NCBI GenBank assembly: GCA_973895155.1
Contig: OZ316896.1
Location: 7,759,278-7,823,277, forward strand
DNA: 64,000 bases
Reading direction: 5' to 3'
From: Marsupella aquatica
Lineage: Eukaryota > Plantae > Marchantiophyta
Shown here piece after piece: positions 11,216-22,679 of this stretch (positions are counted from its first letter, which is position 1; each line of letters starts with the position of its first letter). The position numbers were made by a program, and so were the translations under genes. The notes under the pieces were generated by a model, which worked only from the letters and a program-made list of their open reading frames with translations, did not search any database and was not told the DNA's origin.

Positions 11216-12805
11216 CTTGTCTAATTGTAGGATTCATTGGAAATTGCAATCTATGACTTGACTTGGGAAGTAAGTTATGTGGAAAGAGGATAGGCCGATT
11301 CGAGGCTTAGTGTGAGGAAGCCGCTCATCGTAGAGTGGGACAAAGGCTGTGAGAGATATTTTAGAGGATAACGGTGAGAGAAATTGATCGACAAAGGGGA
11401 TCGCAAGGGTAATGTGAGGTGAGAAAAGACGTATTTTGGAAAGGTTTCTTCCAAGATAGGAAAAACAAGAGCTCGGTGCTTCCCAAGAACTAAAGATTCC
11501 CCCGACAACGTCAAGTGGGGTCTCAACCTAGGGTTTCCTTGTGTTTCGGTGGGACTTAAATCAACAAAATAGCGGATCTCGGGAAAATAGCTGATGGGAA
11601 AAGGTAGGGGTTCCAAGTTGGAAAGTAGGTTAAATATGGTCCACTCTATCCCTGGAAACTTGTGGGAGAACTTGGTTACCTTTGGTTACTTTTTGGGAGC
11701 ATCTCAAAGTTGAGAAGAATTTTGGAAAACATAAGAATTAACCCTCTTTACCTAATTTTAGAAAATCTTTTATAAGGTTTTGTGTAGATATTAGTAAACC
11801 AGGATATATAACTATGTCTAGAAAATCTTTAGATCTACTCAGAAGTCATTTTGGACTCATGTGTGATGTTTGAGGGCGGTCCAAAACGGCCTGGAAATAC
11901 TGTTTTTCCATCAAAAACATCCAAAAAAAATTCTAAGTGTCAACCGCATCGGCAGCGACCATGACTTAAGCACAAGGCTGGGGAGACTCAAGCACGAGGT
12001 CAGGAACACCATAAGGGTCAATACATGAGATGCTTGCTTCAAATTGGGATCAAGAGGCAGCTACGACATTGAATTGAGCTGCTATAGCTTCAGGCATGGG
12101 ATGCTGATCAGAATTGGCTGGCTGCCTCGATGCTGCTGATTGGAATAGAGCTGCTTGTTATGGAGAAATAGGCTGTTGCTGATCAAGAGATGGCTGGCTG
12201 CGGGGTTGTAGAAATATATAGAGGGCATCAAGGAGGCTCTCGATCGGAATATGTTGTCCGTACTTCTCCGGTTACGTCAATATGCAGTGCATCCTAGCCT
12301 TCCTTTCCTACAAGCAACTGAAGATAAGAAGAAATTTGACGGCGTACTTAGAGATGCTCTCAACAAACATGATTGAATCAAGTTATTGGCAGATCTCCAA
12401 TCAGTTAACATGCAAAGTGCTTGTATAGAATGCAAGGTAAGTATCTTAGCTCTAAGTTTTATTGGTTTGAAGGGAAGACTTAAGAATTTTTGCAAAAGAA
12501 CAATTATAGGGTCTTTTAAATTCAATTTTGAGACTTATAAGAACATTAGGGTCTTTCTAACCAAAATTTTAGAATATTCCAAATTTATAGGCGTTGAAAA
12601 ATAAATTTTGTTTCTTACATTTTAGGAGGTCCCAGGCATAAAATTTTCGCAAAGGATGGGGAGGCATCCATATAGTGAGACCCCCGATCTTCAAATGTTC
12701 ACCAAGACTCCTGAGGTGAGTCAAATTTGTCCATTATCTGACAGCTTATTCATATATACTTTCACATTTTAATTGTAATGACAAACGTTTCTATGGGTTG
12801 TGTAG

Positions 12806-13210
12806 GTGAGCATCGTTCTACTTTCCTTGATGGCAACGTCTACAGGTCTCAACATAACTTGCGCAAATCATGTAGTTCTAGTAGACGGGTGGTGGAATCC
12901 ATGTGTGGAAGACCATGCTATGGACCGGGCACACCATATTGGGCAGACAAAACCAGTTACTGTGGTATGGTTTATTGCTAAGGATTCCATTGAGGTGAAG
13001 ATATTGAAGTTATAGATAATTCCCTCGTGCATCGTTTGCAGATGGCTTTAATTTATAATTAACCTGCTAGTTTCTAACTACATTTCATTTGGATTGTGTT
13101 GATTGTGCAAAACAAGAAGCGAAGGATGATTGGTCAGATTATGTACGGCGGTGTGAGAAACCAGGATGTACCACGAGAAGACTTGGCCTACTTATTTGGA
13201 GTAAAGCTAC
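12806..13210 (+). pseudogene. SNF2-family (RAD5/RAD16-like) helicase C-terminal fragment with intron
   Basis: LLSLMATSTGLNITCANHVVLVDGWWNPCVEDHAMDRAHHIGQTKPVTV..DSIEVKILKL matches helicase motifs V and VI. The next exon reads QNKKRRM..EDLAYLF. No N-terminal ATPase half. Confidence 0.85.
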
Positions 13211-13820
13211 ATCATCAGTTATCAGTGTTTTTCATCAGTCGACTTGATATTTGTCGCCACGTCATCTTAGAGAGGCCACCAAGTTGAGGCGCCAAAAAAA
13301 TATGCGAAAAAAAAAATGAACTTTTTTCTCAAAATTTGATGGAGAAAAAAAATGAAATTTATTTCCCACTATGGGTGTCCGTACCGTACGGATACCACAT
13401 CTCGGCGAGGCCCGCCGAGATAGTCCGAGCTGAATTTTGTCAAAAAAAAATTTGGATTTTTTTTTGTTGGAAATTTTTTTTTTTCATTTTTTTTTGTCCT
13501 TACGCCAATCTTGGCGAGGTCAGCTGAGATTGAGACCACATCTCGGTGAGGCCCGCCAAGATAGTATGATGTCCGTACGGTACGGACGCTGAATTTTGTC
13601 AAATGTTTTTTTTGGAATTTTTTTTTTGTTGGAATTTTTTTTAAAAATGATTTAATTTTTTGTTTTGTTTTTTTGTCCTTACACCAATCTCGGCGAGGTT
13701 AGCTGAGATTGAGTCAATCTCAGTTGCCCTAGCTGAGATGCGCAAAAATGCAAAGGCCCTATCTCAACTGCTCAGCTAAGATTTAGAAATTTCAAAGCGA
13801 CAAAAATGATAACTGATGAT
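13211..13820. mobile_element. 610-bp MITE-like element
   Basis: Perfect 14-bp TIR ATCATCAGTTATCA / TGATAACTGATGAT. Internal ATCTCGGCGAGG..CCGAGAT repeats and poly-T runs. TSD unclear. Confidence 0.7.
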
Positions 13821-16027
13821 CCTCGCTACCCCACTTATTTGCAACTGACAGTTCTCATTCAGATTATGATTAGATGTATATAGCTAGGGGTTCACTTGGC
13901 AACTGAGGAGCAAGCTATATATATATATAGCATAAGAAGTATGTAGAGTTACATTATATTACACACTATGATTTTATATATAAAGGACTACACAATCCAT
14001 TTACCTGATCGAGCGTACTTTTGTTTTGTACATTGCTTTGTACATTGCTGCATTTGATTTCCCTCTCTTGGGATTTCATCATTTTCTTCTATAAACTAGC
14101 TAGGGGAAACAAACTCGTGGAATTTCACCTATTAGTTAGGTATCTTCACACATTAATTGAGGTACATAGGGAATTTAGGGGCATATCGACACCTCCATGC
14201 CAAGGGGATTTGGTCCCCTACTTAATAGGGGAAAATAATTCAATAAACAGGTGCGAGTACACTCTGAGGTTAATTGACTAACATAACCTCTATAATCTAT
14301 CTCCTAGTAGTGCATATATCCTCCTTGTGTATGTTATTGATTATGGTTGTTAATATAGTGTGTTGATAATACATAATGCAAAGTGTCTTAGTTAGTTCAA
14401 TTGTAGGTAGTGAAAGCAGAGACAACTCGACTTCAAAAGGGCAAACATTTCAAGAATTTAATTTGGAGAATTTGACAAGTATTTGGATTCTTGGTTGTCA
14501 TAATGGTTTTGAGGTATATGTTAAGCATAGACAACAATTGTAACGACAAGCCCATGAACCATCCAACGCATAAGTATCAACATCAACAGATATGTGGTTC
14601 ACCTCCAGCCACATGAGGCTACATCCATGAGAATACACAAGAGCTTTATTGCACTCTAGGCCGACTGGCTATACCAAGCATCTACAATATATGGGGGCCT
14701 TCCCATCACCTGCCACGTTTGTAGGCCTCAGACCCCCTAAAATATAAGAATTTTTAAAAAAATTTAACCCCTATAAGGTTGGAATATTCCAAAATTTTGG
14801 ATTAAAAAGACCCTAATATTCTTATAAGTCTCAAAATTAAATTTAAAAGACCCTATCAATGTTCTTCTGCAAAAATTCTTAAGTCTTCCCTTAGAACCAA
14901 TAAAATGACCATATCATTCATCGCAGTGATGTGCCACTTTTATGGAAGTGAAACCCTCTAGCTCTCAACTGACATGGCTCTATTACAATGAGCCTGAGTT
15001 CCTGCTCTTCAAGCAAACACTGTTTGGGTAGAGTGTGTCTAGCGTGACTAACCTAACCTAGTCTGCAACTAAGGTGAGCCCTAATTGTGATATAGTTGCA
15101 ACTCTAGACCTAAGAGTAAATCCTAAGAGTATAAAGATTGAAGACATTTTGAGAACATTGAATAATTTCTGAACACAAGTGTGCAAATTTAGCAAATTGG
15201 TGTCAAAGCAAAATATTTGTATGTGGGGGAGATCCAAAAATAGATTTGTCCCTAGTGGAAAGCATTAGAAAGATTCTCAACAAAGCAACGATGAACATTA
15301 AGGAGATAGCAGCCCAATTTTACTACCTCTAAACTTTAGACTAACCCCTTAGCAAGTGAAGGCCATACTAGTTTTGTCTTCAAATACAAAAGTACCGATG
15401 ACTAGATGTCTGGTGTCATTCAATTCTTATTATGCGCGGATTGCGGGCGGACTCCTATCTAGACACAATTGCAGCGTACCATGAGAAAGATCATTTGCTC
15501 ATATGCTAGAAAATTAGAGTTCATAGTAGTAAAGTCTCCCTTTAGTGCGAGGTTTTTCTCCATGACAAGAAATCATAACAGTAAAATAGGTGAGGAAATT
15601 CACACAATATTTGACACCCATAAACAAAAAACGTGTGTCAAAATGTCAAGTTTATTAGTAGTGCCTGGCGCTACTTAAAAATCTGTGCCACAAATTCCAA
15701 AACATCCGGGAACATGTCGTTGACCAAACTAATTCAGAAAGCGCTCCGGGTAACTGGGATGTAACTTAGTCCGACAAAAAAACTGGCTAGTGCATTACAT
15801 GGTGGCAAAAACGTAAAGCAAGGCGACGATACCTATTTTGACTTCAAGCTCCAAAATGTTAAGAGATGCCGCGAGCAGTAAAATGACAAAACAACTGGGA
15901 AGTTGTAAGCTAGAAAGAAAACATCAAGAACCGACACTACACCCTAACTCCTTCCTTGTTCGATGGCAATAGCGTCGGGCGCTACTATCTTGTAAGTCTT
16001 TGAAAAGACTCCAGATTTCCTACAATC

Positions 16028-16620
16028 TCAGGATGTCGATGATTCACACTCATCATCCAGTCCGGCATTGAAGCAATCCTCATCTTGACAAAATTCATCC
16101 TCCCGCTCAGCAAAAAAATGCAGTCCTAGAAGGTGACTCCTCAGCCTGCAATTTGGTATGTTGGAATCAGAAAATCCAACTCGCTCAGTCCACTGTTGAA
16201 TGTCCCTGAAAACCGCCGTCCGTCCAACCCTATAGACATCAGAAGGATTTGGATTGTGAATAGAGAACCGTTCTCTGAAAGACCGGGGAGGAGACAAATG
16301 AGGGGAAGTATTCAATTTTTCTCAAAGGCTTATCACCTTGTTCGAGGCCAGCCATAGTCGATTCCTCTTAGTTGAGGTCTCAGGGTGAGGAGTCTCATTG
16401 ATGGGGACCTCCAAAGCCAGAGAATCATTTGAAGCTTTGCCTTCCAACATCACGGGGCTGGAAGTTCTCTCATACACGACATGCTTTCCTTTCTCCATGG
16501 TCTCTGGATCATTGTCTTCGCGGCGCGCATGGCAAAAGAGCTACTGGAAATTCTTGAACATAGGCGATATATGTCAAACGGAGAGGGTGTAAAATGAATA
16601 GGGTGTCGAAATGCCTACCG
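16028..16620 (-). pseudogene. Degenerate ORF of unknown function within the MULE-like element
   Basis: ORF 16028..16315 plus upstream broken frames; flanked by palindromes at 15970 and 16818. Confidence 0.35.
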
Positions 16621-16899
16621 TTGCAAAGAAATTTGACCCAGTGTAACGAGTACGTATGACAGTCACGGACATTATGGATTTTCATCGTACATAAGTACAT
16701 GTACTACCATTTTTGGAAGCATTACAGTACACTTGACTTCCAAAAAAGATATATGGAAAATAATACCTTGCCCACTTTGTATTTATATAAAGTAACATTT
16801 GTGATGAGTACAATAAGTAGCGCCGAGCGCTACTATTTTGGAGGAGGTAATTTGTTTTAAAATGATGAATATAACTAATCTAATTTAAACTAACCTAAT

Positions 16900-19343
16900 C
16901 TAATCTCCAGATTTTGACTCACTACTCTCCGATCTATCCGTACTCTCTGCTTCATTGTCTATAAATTCATTTTGTGCCATGTCATCGACAAATGGATGAC
17001 GGATAAACTTTCTATCCAAACCATGTCTCAATCGTAAGCCTTTGTTCTCCCAGGTAAGGGTTCTTCTACTCTCTTCTTTGCGAGCGGCATACTCTGCGTA
17101 TGAAGGCAATACAAATGGTTTCTCAAGGGTAGTGAGGACTTTCCTCAAAAAATTTCTTCCCAGATAAAACCTCTCGCAAAGATTCCACTCTGACCTGCGA
17201 GTCAGTTGAAACACTAAGTATTTCTAGAGATTCCAGTAATTCATGTTTCCTAGTAAAAAAGAATATAGAAAGTGAAGTAATGTAAAGGAGCTTACGACAT
17301 TACTCAGAAGAATCTGAATCTTCCGTTTCTCCTTCTGAATTCCCCCCATCCCTTTTCTCTTCTTCTTTATGTACATCAATATTGCCCTCCTCATCAGCTA
17401 CATCAGCTTCTTCTTCTTTGGAATCAAAATTCAGAATAAATTGAAACTTTATCTTTCACTCTTTTCCCCATGTCTTTTCTCAGACCAGCCTCACTCGCTT
17501 CTTTTGGGAGAAGCAAGTTAGTGTATATCCTCTCAGTAATAGAATCAAATTCCTTGCAATTCTCATTGGACGCCTATACATGCATACAAATCTCTAGAAG
17601 AAGAACCGAGGTTAAAATCATTACAAACGCTTTGCACTAAAGCCTCAAAAGTTTGTACACCTCCTATGACAAGTCGTTCGAGAGGCATGATAGATTCAAC
17701 TTGTGTGAGAGCAGTCTACAACATCCCTATCAAAATTCCTTCAATCCAACTCCACATGTGCCAAGTGTGACACCATTGTTTCACAGGTTCATCATTCACA
17801 CCCGGCGGATGGAAAAATTGCTTGCGAAGTTCAGGCGTGCAATGCGCCACAAAAAGAGTAGAACGCACCTTTGGGTCCAAAGTTGAGACAGCAATAAAGA
17901 GACAAGAACGATCCATCATACAAACCACAGACTCTGCTTTCCGTTCCCGCTTGTTTTTCTCTATCAGCGTGTATATTTTTGCACATGTTGACAGGAAATC
18001 TTCAAATTCGGGACTTAGGAGTGGAATGATCTTTGAGGTCTTCACGCTCCATTCTTTCGTGGCCTCCTTCATCATGGTCGCATGACGCTTGGCGACCTCC
18101 TCCTTTGACCACGGCTTCCCTTGAGAGTTAGCAATCGCCATGTCCAGTTTGAACTAGATAGATTATGACTTGATCTTGTTCTCACACAAGATGTACACAA
18201 GGGCCTCCAAAGGCATCATCTTGGTATACCAAGAGCCTTTCCTTGTCTTTGCACAAATTTCCTCAAAGCGTTTGAAGTTTCTGGAGTCAATTATTGCCTT
18301 GTAATAATCAAGGTCATGGGACAGAATCTAACTGATTTTGTCAGCATCAAGGATCCACGACGGTTCTACCATGGCTTGCCCCAATCTATAAACAACCAGA
18401 ATTCATTAGCGCCAGATGCTAACCAAAATCTCACAATTGAAAATTTGTCCATTTAAGCAAATCAAAGAAAATGACCAAACTTACTGATTGACAATGTGCA
18501 TGGCGGCTTCAATCTTGATAAGAGAACCCCGATCTCCCTTGAATATAGTGCATAGCACACGGGGGTGGTACATGACATTTTTGGGGTTCTCTTTTGTGAT
18601 CTGTGACCAGGAATACAAACGATGATTCCCGTCGAACACATATTCTTGTCTTTTAAGACATGAAAATCTGGATCTGCTTCACAGTTCACTTAAAATTTCT
18701 CGTTTTGTACAGTCCAGACAGCATCCCAACTCTCACAAATTTTGGGGGTACAAAATTGGATGACGCCTTCAGAATCAGCGGGTTGCACGTAGAACCGCAT
18801 CCCAATGGAGGAATTGTAACCATAACTATGAAATGAATCTTTCACCTTCTCAATCGAAGCGCTCTCCTTCTGCAGAGTCCGAACAACTTCCATATTGACC
18901 AGGCGACAAAGCGGTATACGCGGAGGGTCCTTTGGCTCTCCTCTAAAATCATTGCCAAATGACATTACATGTTTGGCAATCACATCTCCCATTGATCGCG
19001 ACCCTTCACTCCCGACCATGGCACCTTGTTTCTGCTTTGGGAAAGTATGCGCAAAGTTCCAAAGTGAATGCGATGCAGTCAAGCCAGTAAGGTGTCGAGT
19101 GTAAACGGAACCAACAAATGATGTCTCCGATGTTTCAGAATTACCCGGAGAAATGTTGTCCATCTCTGGATAAAGAGTCTCTGGCCCTAAAATTTGGAAA
19201 GTTCTCAGCCACTCACGAAGGTCTGCAACGTTATCCTGTAATTGGATAGATACATTCCACGTCCCAAACAACCTGCATGGAGACCATTCTTCACCAACAG
19301 AGTGACACGACAACAAATCCCACAGCAAGATCAGATCTGTCAA
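16900..19343 (-). pseudogene. Multi-exon gene encoding a ParB/sulfiredoxin-like (DGNHR) domain protein
   Basis: ORF 18690..19343 (IPLCRLVNMEVVRTLQ..IEKVKDSFHSYGY..FYV) continues past a stop and a frameshift into EYVFDGNHRLYSW, with DGNHR at 18619-18633. GTAAGT..TAG intron at about 18389-18485. Downstream ORFs 17716..18141 and 16900..17214. Confidence 0.6.
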
Positions 19344-19596
19344 ATTGACCTTTTACAGTAGAAAGATCCAAAATAGACCGACAACTGACTTAAATATGTA
19401 CGTTTTATGATGAAAAGTATAAGCTAATCAAGCAATCAAACCAAAGAGAAGGGGACACTTGGCATATAGTACCGACGTGGTTAGTCAAAGATAATGAAGA
19501 ATCTCTAAATTAACATTCCTTTACGTGGTAAAAATGGTCATACAGACATCAAGCTACCGTTAGAAATATCCGTTGGACTATAATAATCAACAATAA

Positions 19597-19922
19597 TAGC
19601 GCCCAACGCTATCATAAACATCACTCCTTATTAACCACAAACTTAGCCATATTTTCTATCGATCTGACCATAAAATACTAGTAATCCATTGAATTTCCAT
19701 AATAGCGCCCGATGCTATTATTGATTGATGTCTAAAAATGGGTTTTGTCCTACAAATGTTCAAATATTTGTGAAACTCTAGTTTTTTTCATTTTCAGCAA
19801 TAACAGCGCCAGGCGCTATCAATGTATAGTAGCAATTGAAGTCACGTTTAGTACAATTCTGATTCAAAATTTCTCGTATCTGACCAATGTTCTGGTTGGG
19901 TTTTTGCTAGTGCTTGGCGCTA
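19597..19922. promoter_or_regulatory. Cluster of four TAGCGC-N3-GCGCTA palindromes in the divergent intergenic region
   Basis: Copies at 19597, 19703, 19804 and 19908, about 100-105 bp apart, between the ParB-like gene (-) and the transposase (+). Confidence 0.7.
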
Positions 19923-20139
19923 CTAATATCCGTTGTGAAAACTTTCATTAAATTAACAAAAAAAATTTGTTTTCAACGGTCATTCAACGCCATTTATCTC
20001 AAATTTATCCGTTGTATCAACGGTAAGTTTATTATATTTTGGAGGTCTGCGTGTGGTTTTCTTTGTTCTTGATGATTTACTTGTGGGAAATAATAAACCC
20101 AAATTGGAAACAACCCTATCATTTTGCCATTCTGTCACA

Positions 20140-22234
20140 ATGTTGCGGGTTATTAGGGTAAAATGTGTTGTAACGGGTGATGTGATTAGCGTTCCTATGA
20201 CTAACGGAGCAGGTCATCAGCATGTTAGTGAAGATTATCTTTGCGGAAGGTTTGTTGTTAGGAGGAAAGACATTGAAAGCTTAGGGACACCTGCCAACGG
20301 GGCAGTGAATTTTTATTACATTTGTGGTCAGAAATGTTGGGAACTGCACGTAGGTGTCGAGTACACGCTTTCCCTCCAAGGAAAAGGAGTAGTTCACGTG
20401 AAACTAGAGACGGAAGATGCACCAAGGGAATTCATCGACCTCACGTCTGATTGGTGATGACTCATTCTCTGGATCTCAATTGCCGATGGATGTTAGGAAC
20501 ATCAAGAGCAAAGAATGTCATTTTGCAAAGCAATCATTTCCAGTGCATCAGTGTAGCACATCAACGAAAGACATTCATCTTGCGGCTAATAGTGGATGTG
20601 ACAAGCTTCTAAAATCTCCTTCTCTTCCTGTTGTTTACAAAAGAAGTGCAGTAGACGCTCTTTTGAAATCATCTAGTCAAAGTGAGCTATTTCGGTTTGT
20701 GCGATCAGAGACTTTCAAGCACAAGCAAGTAGAATTACTTCCAAAAACTTATAACGGCAATGTCATATTTGAGCTTCCGCCTGTCGATGTGTTGGTTCAA
20801 AGGGGAAACGTCTCCTTAACATGGACCGTTCGAAGGATTGCTATCTCTGACTCAAATTCTCCCTACTTCGGCGAATGTCTTGCCGAAGAAGATGTGGGAG
20901 TTTGGTAAAGTCAGTTGTAGCGGATCACTTGAAGCCAAAACAAGCTTGCAAGTTTTATATCAGAACCTTGGGCCCTCAGTCTTAACTAATACGTGGAGGA
21001 CGTGCAAACACTTGAAGGGTAGTTTTTATTAATTTTTAACTAATAATTATAATTATTACCAGTAATAAGGGAACTTTTTAATAGTAAAATAGAAATAACA
21101 AGGGGTAAACAGGAAAAGGACCCGATCATAGGGGGTCCCACTTCTTTTACACGAAGTGAGGGCCCAGGGTATCAAAACCAATGGTAGGAATAATTGTACC
21201 TCTTGGGAAGGGACCCCCAAGTTAGGAGGCCAACATTGTCCAGGAAAGTTGATTGATTCAAGAGGGATTGTTTGTCGTTATTGTCTTCATCTTCTGTTCT
21301 GTTTGGACTCTTGTTCTGCTGGATTTGGTACCCACAACTTGCGTACCCACAAGTTCTGCTGGATTTGGTGACAACGCAACATATGTCACGACTTGCAATC
21401 CATATGGGTGTCCATAACCATCCTTGTCAAAAGTTCTAGTCTAGAATTTTGGAGATAATAGCAGTCGAAGAGATTCGGAAAGAGCACTTGAAGAATCCTT
21501 CTTCCTCGCCCTGTGTTCTTAAAAATGCAATCACTTGATCTTTGAAGGATGCACAGATAAATCTGTCGATGACATCTCAAAGATGGAAGAGATTGAGATT
21601 TGGCAGTCACTTATGCTTGTTTCGACTCTGCAGAAATTCTTTGCCTTGTTTAAGAGTGTCCGGAAAGATTAGGCGGGGCGAGGAGACCTTGAATATCTGG
21701 TTTGAATGCAGAAGAACGTCAGGTTCCCGTTTGTTCAAAGGTATCTACTTCTAGGGCAAGGCTGTAAGGAGGACCGAGCTCATATTTTCAAAATGATGAT
21801 CAAAGGGCATGGATCCGAAGTAGATTTGTTGCGACAGATGAAAAAGGGTGGACCCCTTGAAGGTGCGTGGGTGAGTTTTGATGTCATGAAATGATTGTCT
21901 TAAGAATGAAGTACTTTTAGCGCCCATGTATATATTTATAACTATCAAGCTTTATGTACAATATTTACGTGTGAGCTAAAAGTGAAGGACACTGAATCTC
22001 TTGAGAAAGCCTGGAGATTAATGATCAAGGTCGCTTTAGAATGGGTTAGATGATGTTCAAATTCACAGATTCATGGCTGATAATGCTTAGTCAGGGTGGC
22101 GTGCGGTCAAAAACATTTTCTTTGGAGGCCATCCAAATCTGGAGAAAGAGAGATTGGATGCTTTTCATTTTTACCAATCTTTGTACCGTCATTCCATTGA
22201 AGGAGTGCTGGAAGACAAACATTTTGAGCATTGC
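20140..22234 (+). pseudogene. Mutator-like transposase, N-terminal and catalytic part, decayed
   Basis: YNGNVIFELPP; Cys/His cluster CRYC..C..C..HMGVHNHP; FKM..GHGSEVDLLRQM..GAWVSFDVMK; FMADNA..GWRAV..ERLDAFHF. Many stops and frameshifts. Interrupted by a solo LTR. Confidence 0.65.
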
Positions 22235-22679
22235 TGTGACACGGATAACGTGTCACTTAACCGAACCCAGGTCATAGATTAGGTCTTATACGGACGTTAG
22301 GACCATAGCCATAGCGTAGAATAGCACGTATAGCCGTCTGTTGCCATTATGAATAGATTAGGAGTAGGTTAAGATGACCGAATGATTACGAGTTCAGGAA
22401 GAGGATTATTACGCGTGACCGAGGTACGGTGGTGGCAGCGGAGTAAAAAATCAGTTAGAAGTCACGCTTGGACCGAGGCGCCAACTTCAGCTCATTATCA
22501 ATGACCAAAACGGCCTGGCCTTCTCACGCTCGGGCTCATCTTGGCACCTCCATAAGAGAGGAGCCAATGGCGCTGCGGGCCATTTGCTCATTTCCACCTT
22601 TTTGGAATTTGCGGACGTTGCCATCCACTCACCTTTCTGATCGAATCAAGTCGACCTTTACAAGGAGATTATCGAGGGA

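Larger units (their letters stand above)
2183..11507 (+). mobile_element. Full-length Ty3/gypsy LTR retrotransposon (no chromodomain seen), mildly decayed
   Basis: TG..CA LTR pair, ACGT TSD at 2179-2182 and 11508-11511, PBS, PPT, and gag-PR-RT-RH-IN order. Confidence 0.95.
9359..11507 (+). repeat. 3' LTR of gypsy element 1, containing a MITE
   Basis: TGTCGTGGGGAT at 9359, resumes at 10044, ends CCCCGACA at 11507. Confidence 0.93.
12457..14905. mobile_element. Long (~225 bp) imperfect inverted-repeat pair enclosing a gene fragment (Pack-type element?)
   Basis: 12457-12680 is the reverse complement of about 14680-14905 (e.g. gggaagacttaagaatttttgca / tgcaaaaattcttaagtcttccc). No TSD found. 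Confidence 0.6.

Noticed and set aside
12806-13210. Functional host SNF2 gene
   Set aside because: Only C-terminal exons are present, conserved residues are mutated, and a MITE abuts the end.
15430-15465. Helitron 3' end (GC-rich stretch then CTAG)
   Set aside because: Poor hairpin, not followed by T, and no Rep/Hel or 5' TC end identified.
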